DNA of 64,000 nt from Podarcis tiliguerta (Eukaryota). Of the stretch, positions 25,301-37,300 are shown piece by piece. The stretch's first letter is position 1. Each line of letters begins with the position of its first letter. The notes under the pieces are model-generated. The model saw only the letters and a program-made list of their open reading frames with translations, was not told the DNA's origin and ran no database searches. A program made the translations under genes and the position numbers. The stretch lies in the NCBI GenBank assembly GCA_965153285.1, contig OZ229118.1; one strand, written 5' to 3'.

Positions 25301-28300
25301 TACATCTCATCTCTCAAAAATGCTAAAATTTAGGTTGTGAGCTGCTTTAATGCAAAATGATGTTTTACCTTAGGAAAGCATGGAGAATTACAGATTTTGA
25401 CTCTGCTTATCTTTTTTTTTTTAGCTCTGTGTGGTGTCCCTGGCATTGTTCAGAACACTTATCAGCTTGCATTGTGAAGATGTGATGTTACAGCTAGTTT
25501 TAAGGTAGACACAAGCACTCTTTCTCCTGATGTTGCCCTGCTATTTCCTCCCTGATGATTAGTATCCTGTGATTGCTTCATACCTCTTGTTTTACCCATG
25601 CTGTGCATGGTGTGAGTAGGTGGAGATGTATGTGTTACACTGTTGTGGGTGAAGATCACATACTTCTGTTTTAGGATGTACATAAAGCTCACTGTCAATC
25701 CTGGATGTCTAGTGCCGAAAAAATGAAAAATGAGAATTTTTTAAAAATCACAAACCACTTGGAAGAATGAAAGTAGACTTTCCACAAATTTAGCAGACTG
25801 AGTGAAGGAATTTACATTCATTCAGACTAAATTGACAGAGGCTCATCTGCATACAGAGTGATGTGTCTTGTTTCTGAAAAGGTTCAGTACTTCCTAGGAT
25901 TTGTGAGTGCTCTAGGAAGAATATGATCATTTTTTGCAAAATAGTTTTGAGAAAGCCTAATGAGAGTTAGATGGCTTGGCACTGCACTTCCACAACAACT
26001 TACCAGTCAGATACATCCCTGTAAGATCGGCAGCTTGAGTACCTGGTTGTTGGGTAGTGTTATGCCAATTGCTAGTATTCCTATGATGATGGTGAACCAG
26101 TTTGGTTCCTTCACCATCCTGTACAAACTGGAGTCCACTCTTCCGCAGTCCATCCTTGTTGTATTTTCCATATCCTGCAGACAAGTAACAACTCGGCAGT
26201 TCAGTCATCGGACCTGAGACAGCTGGTATTATAAAATTTGGCTCATCTATATGATTTAGCTTAAGGAATAAATGAGGGCTGGAGAATAATTTTTTTTTAT
26301 AAGAGCTATGTCATGGCAATTAATGAAACCCTCTGTTCCTAGGTACTTGATACCCTGTAATCACATCATGTTCAGCCAAAGATGGGCTGTGAGGGAACGA
26401 GATTGGTATTCTGTATCTGCTGCTAGATTGCTTGCCTTGACTCCAGTCTGCTGCTCTAGTGGGATTACTCTGACTTTTGAGAAACAAGAAAAAGATTATA
26501 TCCTGTGGAGGAAAAACATACACAGGGCAGGTAAATATTTCACCTGTTTTCTGAATGGACAAGTTGGCATCAGGCTGTTTTTCCTCGTTCGTTCCTCGTG
26601 GTGTATTCAGTGGCATTGAGTTCATGATTATCATTAAGTTTCTTAATTTCTCCCATGTGTAACATTTGGCTAGATTCATATTCTGTTGGACTAATGAAAG
26701 AACACCCACACCCACACACACACACACACACCCTCCCTGCATCACACCCACGCTATGCACTTAAAGCAGCATGAGGACTTTAGTGCAGGATTTCTGTGTT
26801 CCAGGCAAATGCTTCCTTCTCTCTTACACCAGTCTCATGAGATTTTGTGAAAACCTCTTTACTTTTGTCAGCATTTGGCTTGAAGAGCTGATTATTTACT
26901 ACTACTAATACCTGTGTGTAGGATGCTAAGTTTCTGATTACACACACATTACACTATTAGGTGTGGATTTCCTTACCGCTAGTTAGAATCAGGAGGAGGA
27001 AGTTTCAGGAATAAATGTGTTTGTGCATGAACATGCAGACTATTTGCAAAAATATGGAAAACTCTTTACTTCTGAAAGGCTTTTTTAAAAAAAGGGTTTT
27101 CTTTTATTTACAGTGTATAAACAACAAGATCTGTTACGGGCATATTGATTGTATTTGCATTATTCACCCATAAGAGCATTCAGGATACTGTGAATGAAAG
27201 TAATTTACATTGACACACCATGCAAATAGTATACAAGAACATACTGTAATCAAGGAGATATCTCCAATGTCCACCATAAGACGGTGGGTGGGGGAAGGGA
27301 ACCCTTGTATTTTCTTCCTACCTTATGTAAACAGTTGCTTTGCCATGTGGTGGCTTTTAATATTCTGAGAGAACAATCTGTTCTGGAAGTCCGTTCTTAA
27401 ACTGAGGCGTGCTTTCCCTAATGAGGCCTCCCGCCGCCAGTGCCCTTCCACCATTTGGATTCCATTCTTACACCAAGGTAAAGTTTGCAAACTGGGACAC
27501 TTCTTCCAGTTTTGCAGAGTTTGCAAACTGAATTGTTCATAAACAGGTCTGTTCTTAAACCAAGGTACCACTGTATCAGCAAGTGGTCTGCATTACTACT
27601 GGGTTCACACTAGGAATAGACGGCTGTTGATTTCAGTTTCTCTTTTTTCCCCAGCCTTAGCTTCAGTTTGTCTTATTTCCGCATCAGTTTAGCAAGTCGA
27701 AAAGAATTCCTCATGAAAATCAAAACACATTTTTTGATGTGCATTTCTCGTAATATATGCATTTATGCAAGCAATTTTCTCAACACATTGTCATTATTTT
27801 CACTAATACAAGCATTATTGTGCAAACTCTCCAAAAATAAATGCTTTCTGTAGACAGTATTTGGTTTCAGAGCTGCCTTGCAAAATTTGGAGAATTGCAA
27901 CCTTTGAAGCATAGCTCCATTTTTAGCGCGCGAGTTAGTATTAAAATGGAAACTGAGCAAATTTTCCCCCATCCCTTGTTTGCACATGGGAAACCAGCGT
28001 TTCACACCCATGCTCAACTACATACCTCTCTAGGTACCTTTCTTCAAGCAGTTGTTTCTCAACCTAACCTGCCTCTCGGAAGTGGTTGTAACAGTAAACA
28101 CAGCTAAATATGTATTATAACACACTTGGAGTTTTTGAGATAGGAAATAAAATCTAAGTAAAGGGGAGCATTGCCCCTTCTTTCAAATCCATCAAAAGTA
28201 AAACCATTCCCCATTGGAAAGAAATGTCAACTATGCAACCTAATAAAACTTGAGTCGATTGCCCCAAACTTTTGTATTTTGTCTACAAGAGCATCATAAA

Positions 28301-31300
28301 TATCTTAGGACATCTTGGTCATAGGTCAGTTGAACAAATTTATTGGAAATTTGGTGGAAATTGCCTTTCCGGTGACCAGTGACATGATCTTTAACACTTC
28401 ATTGTTTCTGTGTTTATGGCTGACAATTCAGTCAGATCGAGGAAGTATTGCAATGCCAATGAAAAAATACACCTTTTTATTGTGTGTGTGTGTGTGGGGG
28501 GATTCATTGAACTTCTTGTTGCAAGGTAAACTGTTGTGCTAAATGTTTTAGAGCCATCCATAAAAATAAAGGACATTCCACACCACAGACCAATTTTGCC
28601 AAATTCAGGCTTTCTCCACATTTGTTTGTCTGTTCTCTAAAAAATTTCAATCAGTTGGCTATTTTGTTGCTCAGTACTGCCTGTTTGATTTGTAATACAT
28701 GGAGCTTCCTTAAGTCATTTAAACTTCAGTTGGATCATTGCAGAAGGATTTTCCCTTGAGCTTATAATAAGAGCAAGATCTGAAATAGGAGTTCAGTAGT
28801 AGTGTTCGGTAGAGTTCATTCATCCAGCTATGGTGAACTGATTTAGAAGAGGCTTGGCAAGGGACCTTGTTTCTTGGACCATTGAGAAGCACTAAACTGT
28901 GTGCCATTACGGACAGGACAGGGCAGTTTTCTCTCTACTGCATCTTGTGGAATCTGGCAGCTTCTAGGAGCAACATATCTCAACATTAATTTGCTTTGGA
29001 GAGTTTTGTTAAAATTGAGTGGGAGAGGTCCTTCCTTTTGCCCCAGTTGCCAGGGACAAGATGTGTGTTTGCAGCAGTTGCATAAATCACTCTTCTGCAC
29101 CGTTGCAGCTTGTTAGCTGATAGCATCTTGCTGTTCAGGAGCTTATTTCCAAGTTTTAAGGACCATTGAACTAGTCTGCATAAAATAGGGACTATCTAGT
29201 CTAGGGAAACTGGCAAATCTTCTTCCTTTGGCTTAATCTAAATAGCCACATCTCTCTCTGTAAATTTGCCTGCTTGTGGAATAGTACTATTTACTCATGA
29301 GCCACGTGACTATGATAGTTGTGTAACCAAGGTATAAGTTAGAAGCATATTCATAGGATCTTTCTATGCATGCTTGTGTTGCTGTTCGACACCCTAACTG
29401 TGACTCCCTGCCATTCCATTCCAGGTACAACTGAAGAGTCCAGCAGCAGAGGTACTGCAGACTCCACATGTATTGTGGAATATGGGAAGACTGTTGATAT
29501 CAGTTACCTGCAGTACCTTTGGGATGCTCAATCCCTCATACTCCACTGTATGAAAGACTGCCAGGTTTGGTCTGCTCCATATGATGGTGAAAGCCCTGAT
29601 CCATGTACCTTTATCCAAACACTAGCTGACGAGGATGGTAAAAACCTAGATCAGCCCATTTTCCGATTTCAGCACAGAACACCTAGTAATACAAGTTCCT
29701 CTCAGATGACTCCTTTGGGAGAAAAGTTGCAGCTGGAGCTGGAATGGGATGATAGCTATGATACGGGGATCTCTCCTGGATCTGATTCGGGCTCTCCACA
29801 GCATGATAATGCTTTAGGCAATGTAGACCCACAGCCACCTGCAGCGCCACCAAAGCACATTCAGGAAATGAAGAAAAATGCAATCATGCTGATCAAAGGG
29901 TCATATATAGAAGAATCAGACTTTCAGGATGATGTCATGGTTTATAGGTTATGTGCTGAAAAGGATGCTCAGGAAGCAGACAAGGAAGCTTCGGGGTCAG
30001 AATCTCAAAGCACAGATGATCAGCAGTCGCTCCCTGCCAATGGTCCCCTTAAAAGTCCCCAGACAGACTCCAGTTTGGAGGAACACAATCTGAAAAATTC
30101 AAACTTGACCCAGCACGCAACACTCAAACAAATCCATGACAGCATTGCTGAAACCCCACAGCCAGACTTGGAACTAAAGCTGTCTTGCCTAGAAGAAGAC
30201 CACAATGCTAACACGAGCTTGCTGAGCCCCGAAAGTGAGGATTTTATTTCCCAGTGTGATAACATCATTAAGGAGTTGGATTCTACCCCTACAGAGTTGG
30301 TAGAGCTTAAATTGCTTATTCCTGAACCAATCTCTCCCGTGGAAGAGGAAGAAGACTTTGAAAATTTTTCAGCTGACACACCATCAGCAGAAAGTATGCC
30401 TTCACCTTTTGGACCAAAAGATGTATGGTCCGGCAATCCAGCAAGGACCCAGAGCATCCCATTTACAGGTGACATTTTCTAATCAAGTCACTTAAAACTC
30501 TTTTAAACAATAATGTTCTTGGTGGGGGAGAGGGCTATGTGAATAAGAGACTTATTGGTTATATTGACATTGAATATTAAATGTAGACCAATATACTTCT
30601 CACTATATCCTGTAAAGAAATTCTCTTGATAGCAGCATAATTCTAGAAAATATCCCTACATAATTTAGGAAAAGGGATAATCAAACTATTACAGCAGGCA
30701 CTGCTAAAGAGCAATTGCCACAAAAAGATCTGACAATAGCTATTATTTGTAGTCCATCTCGTTCTCTGTCTAGGGGATGACAGAGGACGAGATGGTTGGA
30801 CAGTGTTCTCGAAGCTACGAACATGAGTTTGACCAAGCTGTGGGGGGCAGTGGAAGACAGGAGTGCCTGGCGTGCTCTGGTCCATGGGGTCACAAAGAAT
30901 CAGACACAACTAAATGACTAAACAACAACAATTATTTCTAGTAAGACAAAACAACAACACCTTGTTTATTCACTGTAAAATTAAAGTTGCAAATGTCTTA
31001 GTCACTTCTGATCACTAGATGGCAGCTCTGCTGCCATTCTGTGCATCTGCCCCATTTTACCTGCACATTGAGACATTTTGCTCCCTACCAATTGTGAAAC
31101 GCTCAGCACTGCTGAATTGAATTCATCCTGTTTTCAATATCACACTTCCCTAAAAGGATTTTATTGTAATGATGTTATTGTATTTGGGCTTAAAAACACT
31201 GTTATTTATTTAACTTTGGTAGCTCTTGGAACACAATCTGTTCTGAATTATCTCAGCTCCTCTGAATGACATGATATGAATATTCACCCTATTGGGGGGG

Positions 31301-34300
31301 GGGGGCGGGGCGGAAATGATGGTGGTAAAATGGCTGGGAAATTTCAAATATGTGCTCATAATGACAAAAGCATATAACTAAAGCAAACTTCCATTTATTG
31401 TTACTTACTAATTTAAAATGGTATTTTTTCAGCACTTTTCTGTTCCCATAAGGATCTAGGCAATACAACATAACTGAGAAATTGTCCGGATAATACTTTT
31501 CAGGGAAAGGGTGGGGACGAAGAGAATGTTAAATATGGCTAGATGTCACATAACTCCATCGATCAATTAAACTGAGTAATGCAATTGAATAAGCATATTG
31601 CTATCAGATTTATTATTCTGGTCTGGAAATAATTTCCTTTCCACTGGTGCAGCTGTCTGGCCACTGTGAAAAATAATCAGCTTAGCGAAAAAAAACTTCA
31701 TAAATAGTTGGGTTTGTGTTGCTAAAAGACCAGGAGCTTTGTGGCTTCTGAACAGTAGCAGTTGGTGGTAACTTTGATATTCCAAAACCCACATGGGTCA
31801 GTCAAATTAAGAAAAGTTAACATTTTAGATTACTGCAGTATTAATACATCTTCAGCACTTTGAGTGGCATCTTCCTTCTCAGTTGCCCAGCTGGCATGTA
31901 ACAGTAAACCGTATTTTAACATTACTAGGATGAGCTGCAGTAAGCCTTGGGCCTCCTGGCTTGTTTTCCCGTTTATGTAAAGGAAGGAGCTGCATGTAAA
32001 TGCCAAGAGCTTGTCCATATTCTGGTTTGTTAAACCACAATTTTATCATCGAAACACAGCCAGCATAAAGAATTCTGTTAATTCCTCCTTTCCCATAGGA
32101 TTGTAGCAGTGAAACATAGTTTCTGTGTCAAGGAATAAGAGGATTTCTTTTGTTCAGAACTCAAGGTGGACAATGAACTGATCTTTGTATGTGGTACTAA
32201 TGTTTTGTGTTCATTGAGAAAAAAATAGCATGCGCTCCTTCTAATAATTTATTGCGATTCAAATCCCAACTCATTCATCCACCGACAAGGACACAATCAG
32301 TATTTTAGTAATGGGAATGTAATGTGGCAAATAAAACTTTTATTATGAATAGGACCCCAATTAGTTTTATGTCTGCCTGCACGGTGAGTTTTGTATAACA
32401 TCATTAATTTTGATCTAATTAGTCCGTGATACTCCTCTTGCAAAGCTTGTAAACCTCCACTTGTCACCTGAGATTCTTCATCTAACAAGATGCTTGAAGC
32501 TAGCTTAGTGACGACAGGGCCATTTATATGTACCATGGTTAAGTCTCTGGAAGCAACTCATCTTGCAGCAAGAACCCTTTTGCAACTAAAGCCGTTTATG
32601 TATTTCCAGAATAGTTTACCATTCAGTATCTACCACCCCCATAAAAAGGTAAAGGTAAAGGTACCCCTGCCCGTACGGGCCAGTCTTGACAGACTCTAGG
32701 GTTGTGCGCTCATCTCACTCTATAGGCCAGGAGCCAGCGCTGTCCGCAGACACTTCCGGGTCACATGGCCAGCGTGATAAGCTGCATCTGGCAAGCCAGC
32801 GCAGCACACGGAAACGCCGTTTACCTTCCCGCTAGTAAGCGTTCCCTATTTATCTACTTGCACCCGGGGGTGCTTTCGAACTGCTAGGTTGGCAGGCGCT
32901 GGGACCAAGCAGCGGGAGCGCACCCCGCCGCGGGGATTCGAACCGCTGACCTGACGATCGGCAAGTCCTAGGGGCTGAGGTTTTACCCACAGCGCCACCC
33001 GCGTCCCTACCACCCCCATACTTTTCTCTTAATCTCTTGCACAGCTTTTGCTCTTGGATCATGTCAGCAGTAATCATGAGTGTCTGAAAAAGAGTGTTCC
33101 AGTAGGACAAGGGGATTAAATAAGAAGAAGCTCCATAATTATTAAGAATTGCAAGATTGCATGGGAGAACTTGCAGTGGTTGCAAGCAATCCTACTGCTA
33201 GTCTCTCCCAGCTCCACCAGGAGACGCCAGGGATTGAACACGGGACCTTATGCATGCGCTCGCCCTCTGAGTCAGAGCCTTTCACAGAATAGCTCAGTTG
33301 GTTAGAGCGTGGTGCTGATAAAGCCAAGGTTGTAGGTTCAAAACCCCGTATGGGACAGCTGCATATTTCTACTTTGCAGGAGGTTGGACTAGATGATTCT
33401 CAGTGTCCCTTCCAACTCTACAGTTCTATGATTCCTGTGCACTGTGCATATAGCAACATGGCTATGCTAAACAAAAGGTGTTGATTTTTTAATACCCTTC
33501 CTTGGCAACGCAAACTTTTCTTGGCGCAGCAGAGGTGAAAAGGTCACAGTCCTCTCTGATGGACTTCCTGGATTTTAACTGCCGTGTAGGAAGGCTGAGA
33601 AACCTGATTCTAATGCTATGCTGCATAGTGGCATCTTAGGCATGGCAAGTGGGGCAGCGATGTCCAGCTGTGCCCTGCTTGCCATTTCAAACCCTTTTAT
33701 ATCAATTAATTGGTCAAGCCTCTATGAAGTAGACACTGTGAAATGCCAGAGCTCCAAGACCATGCTAAAATAGCACGAGGCTGTCACTGTCTGTACTCCC
33801 TCCTAAGCTTAGGAAAAGGATATGTGTAAGAATGCCATTGTGCAATTCCTGGGCTGGGTGCTGGTGGTAGTTGTGTCCTCCCGAGCGAGGGGTGGGGCAG
33901 TTCTATGTTTAGAGCAGTGCAGCCTTGCATTAGTGCAGCCCCTCATAGCATTGCTATGTGTGGCTGATCTCCAAGTCAAAATCCCCTTGTTTCCACAGCA
34001 GGGAGCAGGTAGAGGAGACAGGAAGTGCCCATTGTGCTGGGTTGAAAACAGGGCAGAATTCCCTTCCTGACCCCCTCCCTCTTGGCAGGTCATGTTAAGG
34101 TGCAGGGAGAGTCTCTCCTTTCTCCGAAGCATGTCAGGCTAGGCCAATGTAGCCTGTGGGAAATGTAGGGCTACTTGACATTGTGTTAGCCCTGTAGAAA
34201 CTGCTGTCCCCAGGGGGCAGCTGCTGGAGATGAGAAGGGAGTACTCTGTGGCTTGCTGGAGCGAGAGGGCTGATGCCAGTCAGCCCAATAAGTGGAATGG

Positions 34301-37300
34301 GAGCAAATGAAGAAGGCTGAATGGGTGGGAAGGAGAGGATTTTAAGCAGGGGGCTAATTGAAAGGGAAAATAAGCGATACTTATTCAATATTTTTGGGAG
34401 AAGGAGCTTGGCTTATTTCTGTGGAAGTCTGATGCAAGCAGATGGCCCATTGTTGGACTCCACTACAGTCTGCCCTGGTAGCACTACAACTAGCACAAAG
34501 TGAGCTTACCCAAAGGCCCAAATGGGCTGGAAAACAATGCTTCTTATCATTACAGCACCTTTCCTTTCTTCAGTCTTATGTTCTTTTCACAATTAATCAC
34601 TTGTGTGTGTGTGTTTTTAAATCTGCAGGTCCATTTATCAGTGTGGTGCTCTCAAAGCTGGAAAACATGTTGGAGAACTCCTTGCATGTCAACTTGCTGC
34701 TCATTGGCATTGTCACTCATCTGGCAAGTTACCCACAGCCCCTCCTTCGCTCCTTTCTGCTCAATACCAACATGGTGTTCCAGCCTAGTGTGCGGTCATT
34801 GTACCAGGTACTTCATGATTGTTTGACAGAAGTCCTAATATGGTTGAAGATATAATTTTTGTTAAACATTCTCGGTATACAGTAACATCATTATGCATGA
34901 ATGCTAGAATGACAGAATGACATAAGCAACAGCCAGGTCCTTGCTGCAAGGAGTTTATAGTCGTCCTTCTAAGAGGAAAAGGGAATAAGGAATGAATGCA
35001 AGCAAATGTGGTTGGGTTTTAGCGTCAGTTTGTTCTACACTTTATAGCCCTGAATATTTGCAGCTTAGGGACGCGAGTGGCGCTGTGGGTTAAACCACAG
35101 AGCCTAGGACTTGCTGATCAGAAGGTCGGCGGTTCGAACCCCCGTGACAGGGTGACCTCCCGTTGCTCGGTCCCTGCTCCTGCCCACCTAGCAGTTCGAA
35201 AGCACATCAAAGTGCAAGTAGATAAATAGGTACTGCTTGGGCGGGAAGGTAAATGGTGTTTCTGTGCGCTGCTCTGGTTTGCCAGAAGTGGCTTGGTCCT
35301 GCTGGCCAAATGACCCGGAAGCAGCAAATAAAGTGAGATGAGCGCCACAACCCGAGTCGTCTGCGACTGGACCTAATGGTTAGGGGTCCCTTTACCTTTA
35401 TTTGCAGCTTAACTCTAATTGGGCCTCACTCCACAAGGCTGCAATGAGAAATCTAGAGATCTCCCTTGTGAATTTCCATTGTTTCTAATCACACTTCAGT
35501 AGAATAAGACGCCCTGTGCCACCCCTTCCTTTAAAAACAAAGAAGAATTGCAAAATACTTTACCCTGATCTTTTTCTTTAGTTGCCACTGAATGGTGCCT
35601 TAAAGTTGATGCGTTAATAATGCTGTTGGGCAGAGCTTGGCACCACAGCTGCCCTTAATGTGATTTTGAGAGCAAGGGACACAGTAAACAGATGATTTGG
35701 GACACAACTCAAATGACAATATAAAGATTTATTGCTGCTATTGTTTTGGCAGGTGCTGGCATCTGTGAAAAACAAAATTGAGCAGTTTGCTTCCATTGAA
35801 AAGGACTTCCCTGGACTACTCATAGAAGCCCAGCAATACCTGCTTTTACGGGTGGACATGTCAGATATTCCTCTGGAGTCATTGACTAAAGGCAAGTGAC
35901 TACTATTCTTAAAAGCATAAAATTATGTTTTAAAAAACATGTATTACTATCTATTACTTATTTTTAACAAGATCTCAAATTAGTAAGATGTTCACTATGT
36001 TTATGTTCCGATGAAAGCATGTTTTGGGTTTGCTTTAACTCTGTGGTAGTCTTAATATATTGGGATTAAATACAATGTGAAACATCCCACCCACCCTTCC
36101 TTTAGATGGAGAAGGTTGGAATATTTTGAGTGTTCGCTTCACTATGTGGTCGCACCGCTGGGAGTATGGGCCACTCCACACTGGGCCCTGGGGTGCCTGC
36201 GCTGAGCCTTTCAGGAAGATCTATGGAACAGTATCAACGGTGTCTACAGAACTATTCTATAATAAGAGACCTGGTTAAAGGACATACAGGCTGTGGCTGC
36301 TTTCTTGTAGAAGCAGGGTGAAGCAACAATCTTGCCTTGTCTGCAAGAGCAAAATTTAGATACCCTGTTAGGTTTACAGGAACAGAAGAATTTGCCTTAT
36401 ATATTATTAGGGCAGACTTAGTTGCATATATAGCTTAGTATTGTCTACTCTGACTGGCAGCAGCTCCCCAGGATCTGGGGCAGATGCATTCCCCATCCCC
36501 TGCTATCTTATCCTTTTAACTGGTGATGCCATTGATTACACTCGGAATCTCCTGCACAGAAAGCCTGTGCTATACATTGGAGGTGTGTTCTCTTCCCCTT
36601 CCTCATCTCCTCTTCCTCCAAGCAGCTGTGGGCAATGTACATGGTTGTCTTGGTTTATTCTCATTACAAGGCACCAAGGTAGGGTAGGTTGAGATAGGTA
36701 ACTTGCCCAGGTTGACCCAGTTATCTTTATGACAATGGACCCCACTCCCTTAAAATATCTCTGTAAGGGCACGGCTGCTTTTCACTATAACTTCTAACTC
36801 CTGAAGGGAGTAACCATGTTTTCTTCTTTTCAGGACTAGCAGAAGGGTAACTGGTAATATGTGTGTGAGTTGTTTTATTTTTAGAATGACCATGTGATGG
36901 GGAGTGTGGTTGCAAACATTCATTTAGGAATCCTAGTGGGGGGGGGGGGAAACCCTCTGCAGTTTATGCATTGTCGTGAGAGATGAGCATGTCCAACATT
37001 TCATGAATGTGCTCTCTCAAGTGGAGTTGACCATGTTAAAAATAAGTCCTTCCATAACTCCCTGGGGGTGAGGGGAGGAGTTGTTTGGTCTTATCATGCG
37101 GAACAGCTTCCCCATCTGCAGCTGCCTTCTGAATATATTGCCACCAGTTCTCATGCGTTAGCCGGTCAAGTTTTATTACTGCGACCGAAGCACAAGCAGG
37201 GTCATGAGTAGTAAAGTGTATTACCTGTGACTGAGAAAGGTATGCACCTTTTCTGTTATTCTTTCTCCAGACCTTCTTGCAGAGAATTCCCAGGTTGCCT

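Noticed and set aside
30020-30475. 151-aa minus-strand ORF (also 1072-1473, 2802-3011, 35614-35895, 40620-40874)
   Set aside because: Antisense shadows of real FHIP1A exons.
33284-33357. Functional tRNA-Ile gene
   Set aside because: Acceptor stem and T-loop are degenerate (GGTTCAAAACCCC), and the sequence runs into a retroposon tail.
35896-35897. Canonical GT donor for FHIP1A exon 10
   Set aside because: Gives phase 2 and frameshifts the conserved last exon.
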